64,000 bases of DNA, from the NCBI GenBank assembly GCA_018660415.1, contig JABJKG010000013.1, forward strand, positions 1,874 to 65,873, read 5' to 3'. The translations under genes and the position numbers were made by a program. The notes under the pieces are model-generated. The model saw only the letters and a program-made list of their open reading frames with translations, was not told where the DNA came from and did no database searches. The stretch is from a bacterium (GTDB taxonomy: Bacteria > Babelota > Babeliae > Babelales > UBA12409). This document shows positions 19,498 to 29,859 of the stretch, one piece after another. Numbering within the stretch: the stretch's first letter is position 1; every line of letters begins with the position of its first letter.

Positions 19498-20217
19498 TTA
19501 CAACTGAATATCATACTTACGTTGCCATTCGCCTAACGAAATAGGAAAGTGTGGCAGCGTAAGTTTTAATAAAGCACGAGCATAAACTTGAATCTCCCAC
19601 TGAGCGTTCTTAGGAATGCGTAATTTCATAAAATGCATTAAACTATGCAAATTGGTCGTAAAAATAAACTCGGTATACGTACACACCGGCAAACAACCTC
19701 GAGCTTGCTCACGTGCAACACCTGCCTCAAGTAGCTTTTCATATGCTTCAACAGCACTTTCAATATTCTTTTTATACGCTGCGGTTAACTCTTGATTATC
19801 AAAGCCACCAACTGATGCTTGTTTATCAACAGTATCTTGAATACGCCAATTGCTTGGAGTATAGAACTCTAAAGGCGCTTTAACATACCGGTAGCTGATT
19901 TCATTATAAGAGTTCATTCTGTGGCGCATCCACTGCCGAACAACATACATCGGTGCCTTAATTCTAAACGATACTTGGTTATGCTCAAAAGGACTGGTAT
20001 GATCATGCTCCATAAGAAACTTAATCAGTTTAGTGTCACGCTCGTCAAGCTCAGTCGAAACCTTACCCAAGGAAACACGTGCTGCGTTTACGACATCCAA
20101 ATCACTTCCAGAAACTCGCACAAGTTCAACAGAACTAATACTGTCACCTAATGGATCAATCGCTTTCTCAAATTTAAAACCAGACCGATCTTTTAATTCT
20201 TCTTTTTGAAAATCCAT
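19498..20217 (-). CDS. thyX: Flavin-dependent thymidylate synthase ThyX
   Basis: ThyX signature RHRMNSYNEISYRY (RHR-x7-S-x-R). Confidence 0.92.
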   Translation of the reverse strand: MDFQKEELKDRSGFKFEKAIDPLGDSISSVELVRVSGSDLDVVNAARVSLGKVSTELDERDTKLIKFLMEHDHTSPFEHNQVSFRIKAPMYVVRQWMRHRMNSYNEISYRYVKAPLEFYTPSNWRIQDTVDKQASVGGFDNQELTAAYKKNIESAVEAYEKLLEAGVAREQARGCLPVCTYTEFIFTTNLHSLMHFMKLRIPKNAQWEIQVYARALLKLTLPHFPISLGEWQRKYDIQL

Positions 20218-20296
20218 AACGTTTATACCTTTTTTAATTGCAAGCCTATCTTGTTGTCAGTGTAAACAAAGTTCCCAAAAAATAAAACTCTCTTTT

Positions 20297-21793
20297 TTAT
20301 TTCTTATAGGCCTCTTTTGCCATGTTTAAGAAATTCACTAAGTATGGTGTTGCTTCATTATACGGAACCTTTATTTCTGCATGGAACTGTTCACCAATAT
20401 GAAGCTTTTTAGTTGAACGCATCGCTTGATTATAGGATGACTCAGCCAGCAATTCAAAATCGTCCGGCATGATCGCAACAGCCCAGCCATGAACTTCGAT
20501 TGCAGTAAACGGGTTCGGAATATCTTTAAAAAGAGGGCTCTCTTTTACAATATTAACATACGGTTTTATATTTCTAAGCGGCTTGAGCATTGTAATGTCA
20601 TCCCAACCCATACTCCGGATAAATGTATATCCAGACGCACATGCGATCATTTGATGGCCACAACAGATTCCACACAACGGAATATCGCTATGACGAATTA
20701 ATTCAAATTCACCATTATACTCAAACATTGCAAGGTTTGGATAATTCGCATTGTTACCACTTAGTACTATAGCCACTGGCTTTCTTGATAACTTGTTTAC
20801 CATGTCGAGTGATACTTCATAATGCGGAACTACAACAGCATCTAATCCAATATTGAGCCCCTGTATGAATTTTTGTAGCTCGGTAAACGTATAACCATTC
20901 TCTTGGTTACCAACCACCAATACATAATCTCGGTTTGGCAACTCTGGAAGTGGTGGCATACCGGGACTATAGAAAGTAACAGCATTTATCTGAGCCGCAT
21001 ACCCTTCCCAACGATTGATCATCAATCGTAAGTATTGTGTTTTTACTGGAGGGAAATTGAGAATATTTCTAAACGTGTCGTTATTGTTAATACGAGTATC
21101 AGGAATATCTTTCCAGTTTTTTTTATCTTCACTCATTTGCCATACAAAATCGACTAAGCGATTATCTTTCGATGCCGGGTTGGATAACATCCAAATACGA
21201 GTAAGCGTTGTTGGTTTATCAAAACCAAACTCTACCCACTGTGTAGATGATCCGGGAGGTGTGGATTGCCAAAATGATAATTGCCCTGGGTCATCAAGAT
21301 CAATATTGTTCTTTTCATTAAAACCACTAGAAACTGAAACATCTTTTACAGGAACCCGAACAAGGTTCATAAAATGTTTATCTGATTCAGTATCAACATA
21401 AAAGCGCGTCTGTCCCCAGCCACTAGAGTTGCCTGCCTCGTCTGTCGCCTTAGCGCGCCAGTAATAACGAACCCCGTCTTTAAGTTCATTACCTTCTTGA
21501 ACTCGATATCCAGTCACATAGGCCGTCTCTTCTGGAATATTTGTATACGCTATCAAATCTTTAGAGTTAAACTGGTCAGAAGTGTCCAGCTGCATAGAGT
21601 ACGTACGCTTTCCTATACCACCCTTAGAGTTAAAAACCGACAACAACGGCCGATGATTGGTAACAATAACATCAAAACTTGGGTTGTTACCCATCCCCGG
21701 AGACGTTATAGCCTCAACACCACTGTTTTCTTTTTTTCTACAACCTGAGGCCACCAATAAGATACTAATAACTAAAATTTTATAATTTTTCAC
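20297..21793 (-). CDS. Lipoprotein with FN3-like, F5/8-type-C (discoidin)-like and class-I glutamine amidotransferase-like domains
   Basis: Lipobox LVASGC. YYWRAKATDEAGNSSGW is FN3-like. SFWQS...QWVEFGF...YLRLMINRW is discoidin-like. The nucleophile elbow PLCGICCGHQ lies at 20651-20680 on the minus strand. Distal motifs are HGW and EQFHAE. Confidence 0.7.
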   Translation of the reverse strand: MKNYKILVISILLVASGCRKKENSGVEAITSPGMGNNPSFDVIVTNHRPLLSVFNSKGGIGKRTYSMQLDTSDQFNSKDLIAYTNIPEETAYVTGYRVQEGNELKDGVRYYWRAKATDEAGNSSGWGQTRFYVDTESDKHFMNLVRVPVKDVSVSSGFNEKNNIDLDDPGQLSFWQSTPPGSSTQWVEFGFDKPTTLTRIWMLSNPASKDNRLVDFVWQMSEDKKNWKDIPDTRINNNDTFRNILNFPPVKTQYLRLMINRWEGYAAQINAVTFYSPGMPPLPELPNRDYVLVVGNQENGYTFTELQKFIQGLNIGLDAVVVPHYEVSLDMVNKLSRKPVAIVLSGNNANYPNLAMFEYNGEFELIRHSDIPLCGICCGHQMIACASGYTFIRSMGWDDITMLKPLRNIKPYVNIVKESPLFKDIPNPFTAIEVHGWAVAIMPDDFELLAESSYNQAMRSTKKLHIGEQFHAEIKVPYNEATPYLVNFLNMAKEAYKK

Positions 21794-21966
21794 AGTACTC
21801 CTTTATCTTTTCTCCACACTATCTTAGTCGGTTTTATAAATGCAACCTTTAACAGCTGGTACCAAAGATATGCTGAAAAAGTTTTATGGTTTTCTTGGTT
21901 TTTCTTAATATTAGTGCAATATTTTCTTGAAAAGAATTAATACGTTTTTTTTAAATTGGAAAAATC

Positions 21967-22488
21967 ATGATATTTTCAGGTAAAGAAATCAAACGACGTC
22001 TCAATAGCGACATAATCATCATGCCATACAGCGAAAAACAGCTTAACCCCAACAGTTATAATCTACGACTGCACAACGAGCTCCTCACATATAATGACCA
22101 TGTTTTGGATATGAAAAAACAAAACTTAGCCACCCCCTTGATTATACCCCCAGAAGGCCTTGAGCTTGAGGCTAACAAGCTGTATCTAGGGCGAACAGTA
22201 GAATTTACCGCAACCTATAACTGTGTCCCTATGCTCGAAGGTCGTTCGTCTATTGGACGTCTTGGACTCTTTGTACACATAACAGCGGGGTTTGGAGATG
22301 TAGGGTTCAAAGGTTTTTGGACTTTAGAAATATTTTGTGTGCAACCAGTACGTGTTTATCCTGATGTCGAAATTGCACAAATATTTTATCACAGCATCGA
22401 GGGCGACTTCTCTGAATATGAAAGTAATAAATACCAAAACAACGCTGGGGTTCAACCAAGCATGCTGTATAAGGATTTTGAAAAATAA
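21967..22488 (+). CDS. dcd: dCTP deaminase
   Basis: 173 aa. LNPNSYNLRL, RSSIGRLGLFVH and WTLEI motifs of the Dcd/dUTPase-fold family. Confidence 0.85.
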   Translation: MIFSGKEIKRRLNSDIIIMPYSEKQLNPNSYNLRLHNELLTYNDHVLDMKKQNLATPLIIPPEGLELEANKLYLGRTVEFTATYNCVPMLEGRSSIGRLGLFVHITAGFGDVGFKGFWTLEIFCVQPVRVYPDVEIAQIFYHSIEGDFSEYESNKYQNNAGVQPSMLYKDFEK

Positions 22489-22505
22489 TTAAAAAAAGGT
22501 TTTAA

Positions 22506-23300
22506 GTGAAGCTTAAATATACTGTTTTATGGTGTCCAATTTTTATTTCAATGTTGATGTTGGGCGTAGATTTAAACACTAAAAAGGCAATCGTGATTGG
22601 TGCTTCACATGGTATCGGCAAAGAAGTGGCTACAATATTGGTAGATAAGGGATATCATGTTGGGCTCGTAAGTCGAAACACCAAAGCATTGGCGCGCTTA
22701 CAAAAAAACCTTGGTGGTCAAACCATAACCAAAAAAATTGATATAACTAAGCCGGGCGCTCAAAAAAGCCTTGACGATCTTATCTACCAAATGAATGGTG
22801 TTGATGTTGTAGTTATTAGCGCTGGAATCTGGCCTGAAGATGGTGTTTCGATTTCTTGGGAGGATGAACGAAACACAATCGCTACCAATGTTTCAGGCTT
22901 TGTTGCCATGGCCAACATTGCTCTCAATCATTTCATTCAACAGGGTTCCGGACACCTTGTGGGAGTTTCTTCTGTTGATGCTGTTCGTGGTTCAGCTACC
23001 GCTCCAGCCTACTGTGCTTCCAAAGCATTTGTGTCTACCTATATGGAAGGCATGCGTAATAAGTTTATCCAAAGTAAACTTCCCATCTATGTAACCGATG
23101 TACGACCCGGATATGTTAAAACATATGACATACAAGAGTCTGCATACTGGGTGCTTTCTCCTGAGCAAGCTGCTCAAGATATTTATGATGCAATTGTTAA
23201 AAAACAGAGAATAATCTATACAACCAAACGGTGGTGGATTATTGCAAAGCTACTTCAAATAACGCCAGATTTTATTTACAATAAAGTGGGTGGTTTTTAA
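22506..23300 (+). CDS. Short-chain dehydrogenase/reductase (SDR)
   Basis: GASHGIGKE cofactor motif and catalytic YCASK. GTG start with a hydrophobic N-terminal extension; the true start is uncertain. Confidence 0.85.
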   Translation: MKLKYTVLWCPIFISMLMLGVDLNTKKAIVIGASHGIGKEVATILVDKGYHVGLVSRNTKALARLQKNLGGQTITKKIDITKPGAQKSLDDLIYQMNGVDVVVISAGIWPEDGVSISWEDERNTIATNVSGFVAMANIALNHFIQQGSGHLVGVSSVDAVRGSATAPAYCASKAFVSTYMEGMRNKFIQSKLPIYVTDVRPGYVKTYDIQESAYWVLSPEQAAQDIYDAIVKKQRIIYTTKRWWIIAKLLQITPDFIYNKVGGF

Positions 23301-23320
23301 ATTTCATACTAAGGAAAAAT

Positions 23321-23974
23321 ATGAACAAGTCAGAAGTCATTGAAAAAACACGAGAATTTGTACGCAAAGAAATGGAAGGCGAAGGCTCTGGTCATGACTG
23401 GTGGCATATTGATCGTGTTACAAAAACAGCTCTCACTATTGGCAAAGAAGAAAAGGCTGACTTATTTATAGTCGAACTGGGAGCATTGTTGCATGATATT
23501 GCAGACCAAAAATTCCATAACGGCGACGAAACTGTTGGCCCTCGAGTAGCAACCCAATGGCTAGAATCTCTCAATACAGAACAGTATGTCATTGATGCGG
23601 TGTGCCAAATTATTAAAGACATCTCGTACAAGGGCGCCAACACGGCAACACCAATGAAAACCCTCGAAGGACAGATTGTCCAAGATGCTGATCGTCTCGA
23701 TGCACTAGGCGCTGTTGGTATCGCTCGCTGTTTTGCATACGGTGGACACAAACAACAACCTATCCACAGCCCTGATATAAACCCTATCAACCATGCTACT
23801 TTTGAAGAATATAAAAAAACAAAAACGACCAGCATCAACCATTTTTATGAAAAGTTATTACTACTCAAAGATAGAATCAATACCGAATCAGGTAAGAAAA
23901 TAGCTCAAGAGCGTGACCTATTTATGCAACAGTTTTTAGATCAATTTTTTGCTGAGTCTGAAGGTCTAAACTAA
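23321..23974 (+). CDS. HD-domain phosphohydrolase
   Basis: WWHIDRV, LLHDIAD and DADRLDALGAVG motifs. Confidence 0.8.
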   Translation: MNKSEVIEKTREFVRKEMEGEGSGHDWWHIDRVTKTALTIGKEEKADLFIVELGALLHDIADQKFHNGDETVGPRVATQWLESLNTEQYVIDAVCQIIKDISYKGANTATPMKTLEGQIVQDADRLDALGAVGIARCFAYGGHKQQPIHSPDINPINHATFEEYKKTKTTSINHFYEKLLLLKDRINTESGKKIAQERDLFMQQFLDQFFAESEGLN

Positions 23975-23985
23975 AAGGTTGTTTT

Positions 23986-24253
23986 ATGAAAACAAAAGAC
24001 AAGATCTTAGACGGCATTGTTTCGTTTATTTGCATTATATTCCCACTGACCACGATCCCTCAAGTTAAAAAAATTTGGATGGAACAGAACGTAGAGGGAA
24101 TTTCTTTATTAACGTGGGTTTTATACCTCGTCTTTACTATTCCGCTCATTGCCTATGCCATCAAAAAAAAAGGATATGAAGCTAGCTATAATGTGGGTCA
24201 TTTGGGCGTTTGTATACATTCTTGTCATCACTGGGACCGTTTTCTATCAATAG
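23986..24253 (+). CDS. PQ-loop/SemiSWEET-type 3-helix transporter, frame broken at an A9 run
   Basis: TM1 carries the PQ motif (LTTIPQVKKIW), and TM2 is intact. After A9 (24163-24171) the called frame gives non-membrane sequence. The +1 frame gives DMKLAIMWVIWAFVYILVITGTVFYQ-stop at 24251-24253, a clean TM3. Confidence 0.6.
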
Positions 24254-26962
24254 CTACTTTGTAACTGCTTGCCAGTCAGTACCGGACTTGATCCCCACCT
24301 TAAGAGGAACATCCCAGTCAACAATGTTCTCTAGAACATCTAGCGTTAATTTTTGCACCTCTTCCAATTCTGACTCTGGTACCTCTATTAACAATTCATC
24401 ATGAATTTGTAATAAGATTTTTGATTGGAGATTCTTGGTTTTTAATTGCTTATGAAGTTCAATCATACTCAATTTCATAATCTCAGCAGCAGTACCCTGT
24501 GCAACAGTGTTAATAGCAATCCTTTTGGCCGCCTCGAATAACGACTTATTGTTCTCTGTGATTCCGGGAACATCACGCTTACGACCCCAATAGGTAGTGG
24601 TATATCCAAGCTCTTTAGTTTTTTCTACAATGCTCGCCATCCATTGTGCAACACCAGGATATTGCGCAAAATAGCGATCAATATATTCCTTAGCCTGGTG
24701 CATTGGAATCCTCAAATCTTTTGATAGTCCAAAAGGCGTCAAACCATATAAAATACTAAAGTTGATACGCTTACCTACGCCACGCTGTTCTGATGTTACC
24801 TGATCAACAGATATTTCAAACAACCCTGCCGCCGTTTGAGCGTGAATATCTTTATCTTCCAAGAATGCTTTTTTGAGCACTGGGTCTTGCGACAAGAACG
24901 CAAGCACGCGCAATTCAATCTGAGAGTAATCGGCAGAAAGGAAAACATGACCAGGCCGTGCCTTAAACGCTGAACGAATCTGGATACTGGAATCTACTGG
25001 AATGTTCTGTAAATTCGGATCCGAACTCGATAAGCGACCGGTTGCTGTACGGGTTTGACTAAAGCTAGTATGTACCCGTTTAGTATTGGGGTTTACATAC
25101 ACTGGCAACGAACTAATATAGGTACTTTGTAACTTAGAAAGCTCTCGATACTTTAACAATAAAGCTGGTACAGGATGTAACTTAGCAAGGTTTTCGAGCA
25201 CTTCCTGATCGGTAGAATAACCAGTTTTTTTTCTCTTTTGTGGTGGCAACATCAACTGATTAAATAAAATATCTTCTATTTGCTTTGGTGAGTTCAGGTT
25301 AACATCATCCGAACCAACAAGGGCTTTAATTTCATTTTCGATTTTTTTTATTTCTTTTTCAACCAGCACACCAATCTCTTGTAACATTTCAACATCAAGA
25401 GCAATGCCCTCAGCTTCCATGTCAACAAGAACATCTATGAGTGGGTTTTCAATATCGCCATACAACCCCATCAGCTCATTTTTTTCCAAAAGATCCTTAA
25501 AATGATAAAACAATTTTAAAGTTTGATGTGCATCAGAAGCGGCATACTCAGTAGCTAATGCAACCGGAACATAAGAAAAGTCTTTTGCTTTTGATTCGGC
25601 TACAACCATGCTATACGTCAGCATTGATTCTTGGAACACGGACTCTGAAAGTTGCTTTAAACCTACACTTTGCCAAGCCTCTACAACCAGACTCGCACCA
25701 ACCATAGTATCAAAATCTAACCCCTGCATCTTAATGCCACTTTGTGCAAAAACATGCATATCAAATTTAGCATGATGCAAATATTTTTTTATCTTCGGGT
25801 CTTCTAAGATTGGCTTAAGCGCTGTAACAACTTGCTCTAATGAAAGTTGTTTTTGTGTTTCATCCTGATGACCTGTAGGAATATAAAATGATTCTCCTTC
25901 AACAGTAGAAATCGAAGTTCCGATCCATTTATCAATAAACGGATTAACTCCAGTAGTTTCAGTATCAGTTGCAAATGCACCAGCCTTTTTAACTTGCTCT
26001 ACTACAGCATCTAACTCTTGTTGGGTTAATACTACTTTAAAATCATATTTTTTCTTAACAGATAGGTGCTCTTCTGGTAACAACGACAATTGTTTTGGTT
26101 GGTTGACTTCAATCGCCTTAACAAGTGTCTTAAAGTTAAGCTCTTCAAAAAATTTTCTCGCACTTTTCCACTCATCCTTATCAAACTTTAACTCCGATGC
26201 TAGAGTATCTAGCTTGTGATAGCGAAGCTTGAATAACCGCTCGCTTAAAAATGCATTGTCTTTATTGTTTTCTAGGGCTGTTTTAATACGTGGCTTTGCT
26301 ATTTGATCAAGGTTGGCATACATTTGTTCTAAGCTATCAAACTGTTGAACAAGCTCAGTCGCTCCGACCTTACCAATCCCACGAACACCCGGAATATTAT
26401 CAGAAGCGTCACCTAGTAGTGCATGATAGAAAGCAAGCTTTTCAATAGGAAACCCCTTACTTTCTTCAAACTCAGCAACATCGACTATTTTATTTTTAAA
26501 TGGATCAAAAACACGCACCTTATCATCAATCATTTGATAAAGGTCTTTATCAGAACTAATAACAATAACATCATGCTGGGCAGAAAAATCTTTTGCTAAA
26601 GAATAAATAATATCATCGGCTTCAATGCCGGCCATGGCCATCTGCTTTAGGTGAATTAAGTCAGCAAACTCGTTTATCAATATTTTTTGTTCAAATAAGT
26701 CACTCGGAGGCGCCTGGCGCGTTGCCTTGTATGCCTCAAACTCTTCGTGGCGTTCAGTCTTACCCTTACTATCCCATACTAGTACTAACTGCTGAGGATC
26801 AAAACTATCTATAACTTTTTTAATCATTCGTACAAAACCATAAACAGCCTGTACTGGCTTTCCATCACGAGCATGCAAAGGTTTAAGTGCATAATACGCA
26901 CGGTATAAAAATGATGATCCATCAATCAGGTATAGGGTTTTGTCTATTTTTTGTTGTGACAC
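24254..26962 (-). CDS. polA: DNA polymerase I
   Basis: The 5' nuclease region (LIDGSSFLYRAYYA), the 3'-5' exonuclease region and the polymerase motifs (DYSQIELRVLA, QIHDELLIEV) are all present. The likely start is GTG at 26962, with GGAG 6 nt upstream; the track ATG at 27037 would add 25 unlikely residues. Confidence 0.9.
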   Translation of the reverse strand: MSQQKIDKTLYLIDGSSFLYRAYYALKPLHARDGKPVQAVYGFVRMIKKVIDSFDPQQLVLVWDSKGKTERHEEFEAYKATRQAPPSDLFEQKILINEFADLIHLKQMAMAGIEADDIIYSLAKDFSAQHDVIVISSDKDLYQMIDDKVRVFDPFKNKIVDVAEFEESKGFPIEKLAFYHALLGDASDNIPGVRGIGKVGATELVQQFDSLEQMYANLDQIAKPRIKTALENNKDNAFLSERLFKLRYHKLDTLASELKFDKDEWKSARKFFEELNFKTLVKAIEVNQPKQLSLLPEEHLSVKKKYDFKVVLTQQELDAVVEQVKKAGAFATDTETTGVNPFIDKWIGTSISTVEGESFYIPTGHQDETQKQLSLEQVVTALKPILEDPKIKKYLHHAKFDMHVFAQSGIKMQGLDFDTMVGASLVVEAWQSVGLKQLSESVFQESMLTYSMVVAESKAKDFSYVPVALATEYAASDAHQTLKLFYHFKDLLEKNELMGLYGDIENPLIDVLVDMEAEGIALDVEMLQEIGVLVEKEIKKIENEIKALVGSDDVNLNSPKQIEDILFNQLMLPPQKRKKTGYSTDQEVLENLAKLHPVPALLLKYRELSKLQSTYISSLPVYVNPNTKRVHTSFSQTRTATGRLSSSDPNLQNIPVDSSIQIRSAFKARPGHVFLSADYSQIELRVLAFLSQDPVLKKAFLEDKDIHAQTAAGLFEISVDQVTSEQRGVGKRINFSILYGLTPFGLSKDLRIPMHQAKEYIDRYFAQYPGVAQWMASIVEKTKELGYTTTYWGRKRDVPGITENNKSLFEAAKRIAINTVAQGTAAEIMKLSMIELHKQLKTKNLQSKILLQIHDELLIEVPESELEEVQKLTLDVLENIVDWDVPLKVGIKSGTDWQAVTK

Positions 26963-27140
26963 AAAGGACTCCGGTCGTATAAAAACTTGTTTTATACAGT
27001 ATACCGAAATTCTATGTTTTTTATAGATGATGGCCAAGTCGGCAATCCATACATTAGGTGTTTTGTTTGAGCTTTTTCTAGTGGCACATTATACTCTTTT
27101 ATCAACCTTGTATTACAATTTTCAATCAAAAAGTTATTTT

Positions 27141-27536
27141 ATGAAAAGAATATTTTTAATTATTTGTCTTGTATGCATCAATATTCAGTCGTCATTCAAG
27201 GGAGAGGTTGCAGTGCTAAACACCCTCCTTCTTTTAACCGCAGCGAGAAAGGCAAACTATTCGGTTACAGACTTGTGTGCTCGTGGCGCTCAGGCAAACT
27301 GTGTCGACTCCAAAAATAGAACAACACCCTTGCATCTTGCGGCGAGAGCGGTGCAACCAGAAAGAATAAAAGAGTTGCTTGATGCTGGTGCAGACCCCCT
27401 GCAAAAAGATTGTGAAGGGTATACAGCCCTCCAGAGGATTCCATCGAGTTTGCCTGCCGCACATGCACTCGCACATATGTATATCAGTGTAGCAACAGAG
27501 GAGAGAAAAAAATCCCCTAAAAAAGGTTCATCCTAA
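27141..27536 (+). CDS. Secreted ankyrin-repeat protein
   Basis: ATG at 27141 gives the signal peptide MKRIFLIICLVCINIQSSF. Ankyrin repeat: NRTTPLHLAARAVQPERIKELLDAGADP. Confidence 0.7.
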   Translation: MKRIFLIICLVCINIQSSFKGEVAVLNTLLLLTAARKANYSVTDLCARGAQANCVDSKNRTTPLHLAARAVQPERIKELLDAGADPLQKDCEGYTALQRIPSSLPAAHALAHMYISVATEERKKSPKKGSS

Positions 27537-27606
27537 TAAGGCAATATCTTCAATGATTCGTTTTGAAGTCTCAACAAACATCTAAATTTAAGCTATAATT
27601 ACTTCT

Positions 27607-29565
27607 ATGTATATAACAGTAAGGCTCCTTAAGGGATTCCCCAAACCATTAACCTATAAGCTTCCTCGGGAACTTGAAAAAAGTAGCCTTGAAGGAACTA
27701 TTGTCGAAGTTCCCATCCGCACCTATACCTCTTATGCCTTTGTTGAAAAACAATTTCCTTCATTAGCATACAAGCCAGAATTTACTATCAAGACGGCACA
27801 CTCACTCATGCCATTTCCCAGTGATGCTATGTACTTTGAGTTCACTAAAAAGATAAGTGCCTATCATCAAGTAGACGCTCTGGTGTTAATCAAGCGCATT
27901 AGAAATTTTATTGTACAAGATGAACATGACCACATTGCCGCAGGACAACCACAAAAACGTGGCCAGTCTGTAGAGCTCACCAAAGATCAAGAGACTATTG
28001 TCAAAGCAATTGAGCCACATATAAAAAACAGTACATTTTTCCCGGCCCTGATGCATGGTGTTACCGGCTCCGGCAAGACCGAAGTGTATAAAAAACTCAT
28101 CACACAAAATTTTTTACAAAAAAAGACAACAATCCTGTTGTTACCCGAGGTGACACTGGCCCTCCAGTTTGAAAACCTTTTAAAAAGCAGCCTTGAACTT
28201 GATATCCCCGTATTTGGGTTTCACTCTGGCACCTCTCCTAAAAACAAGCGCGAATTGTGGCAAGCGCTCTTAAATGAAGAGCCGGTTTTAATACTTGGAG
28301 TCCATCTTCCCTCCCTATTGCCAATTGCCAACCTGGGACTCATTATCATTGATGAGGAACACGAAACCGGCTACCAAGAAAAAAAACATCCCAAGCTTAA
28401 CACCAAAGAGATTTCCCTTATTCGAGCACAACAATACAAGATCCCTATTGTATTAGGATCAGCAACCCCTTCTCTTTCATCGCTGGATAGTGTTAAAAAA
28501 AAGGGCTGGAAGTTTTTCCAGCTAACCAAGCGCTATCGTGGTAATTTCCCTGAAATAAAAACCGTGTACTTCGATAATAAAGAAAAACGGCGTAATTTTT
28601 GGATATCTCGTGAGCTGGATGAACAGATCACTCAGCGACTTGCCAAGAATGAACAAGTAATCATATTTCTCAATAGGCGCGGATACAGCTTTTTTGTCCA
28701 GTGCAAAGCCTGCAGTTTTATTTTTGAATGCAACTCCTGCTCAGTAAGCTTAACCCTACACGCCAACGGTAAACTTTCTTGCCACTATTGTGAATTTTCC
28801 CAACAACTTCCTGAGGGGTGCCCCGAATGCACCAAGAAGGAATTTATAAAAAAAGGCATTGGAACCCAACAGGTAGTCTCCATCCTAGAAAGACTATTCC
28901 CACAATCACGTGTAGCTCGAGCTGATATGGATACAACCGTTAAACGTAAGCTATGGCAACAAACCCTGGCAGACTTTCAAAGTGGTGATATCGATATCCT
29001 CGTAGGAACACAAACCATAACCAAGGGCTACCACTTCCCACGCGTAACCCTCGTAGGAATTTTATGGGCAGACCTAAACCTGCATTTTCCTGTATATAAT
29101 GCCCCAGAAACCACACTACAACAACTTATCCAGGTGGCCGGCCGAGCAGGAAGAGAGTCTCTCAATAGCTCAGTAGTCGTTCAGGCTATGCAAGAACACC
29201 CTATCTTTGAGTTTTTAAACGAAATAGATTACATGAAGTTTTATAATCAAGAAATTCAAGCCCGCGACATGCTCAAATACCCCCCATGTGGCAGATTTTG
29301 TGAAATAGAGCTGATGCATAACGATAAAAGCACCATTGAAAGGGAGTCTACCCGAGTTGCAGCCCTCCTTCACAAGAAAAACAACAGTGGAGATATGTTT
29401 GTCTTAGGGCCAGCACTCCCACCCATCGATAAGATCAAAAACAGCTACAGGCGCAAGATATACATCAAAGGCCCCAACATGCTCTCTATTATCAACCTGT
29501 ATCAATCTGTCAACCATAAAAACTTCTCATCTAAAATATTTTTCACCCCAAATCCACAGTCATAG
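27607..29565 (+). CDS. priA: Primosomal replication-restart helicase PriA
   Basis: Walker A GVTGSGKTE, DEEH box, and Cys-rich zinc region CKACSFIFECNSCS...CHYC...CPEC. Confidence 0.9.
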   Translation: MYITVRLLKGFPKPLTYKLPRELEKSSLEGTIVEVPIRTYTSYAFVEKQFPSLAYKPEFTIKTAHSLMPFPSDAMYFEFTKKISAYHQVDALVLIKRIRNFIVQDEHDHIAAGQPQKRGQSVELTKDQETIVKAIEPHIKNSTFFPALMHGVTGSGKTEVYKKLITQNFLQKKTTILLLPEVTLALQFENLLKSSLELDIPVFGFHSGTSPKNKRELWQALLNEEPVLILGVHLPSLLPIANLGLIIIDEEHETGYQEKKHPKLNTKEISLIRAQQYKIPIVLGSATPSLSSLDSVKKKGWKFFQLTKRYRGNFPEIKTVYFDNKEKRRNFWISRELDEQITQRLAKNEQVIIFLNRRGYSFFVQCKACSFIFECNSCSVSLTLHANGKLSCHYCEFSQQLPEGCPECTKKEFIKKGIGTQQVVSILERLFPQSRVARADMDTTVKRKLWQQTLADFQSGDIDILVGTQTITKGYHFPRVTLVGILWADLNLHFPVYNAPETTLQQLIQVAGRAGRESLNSSVVVQAMQEHPIFEFLNEIDYMKFYNQEIQARDMLKYPPCGRFCEIELMHNDKSTIERESTRVAALLHKKNNSGDMFVLGPALPPIDKIKNSYRRKIYIKGPNMLSIINLYQSVNHKNFSSKIFFTPNPQS

Positions 29566-29859
29566 CCAGCTACTGTAAGAGTAATTGACGTCTTTTCTAG
29601 GCTAAAACCCCTGTAAACGCGTTAATCTGTAAGTATCGTTAGCTATTTTCTTCAAATCAGTTAAACTATTAGTTGTATATTCTACGATTTTGAAATTTTA
29701 GATTTGTTGGGGTTGAAAGCAATATCGTTGCTTAATCCTCGCTCATGTATAGAATCGTATCCCGTTCAACAGTTTTAAAAGAGAAAGATTCATCACTTAG
29801 AAAAATTTTAGTTTTAGTTGTATGTTTTATTAATTTTAGTATTTAAGAAGTATAAATAA

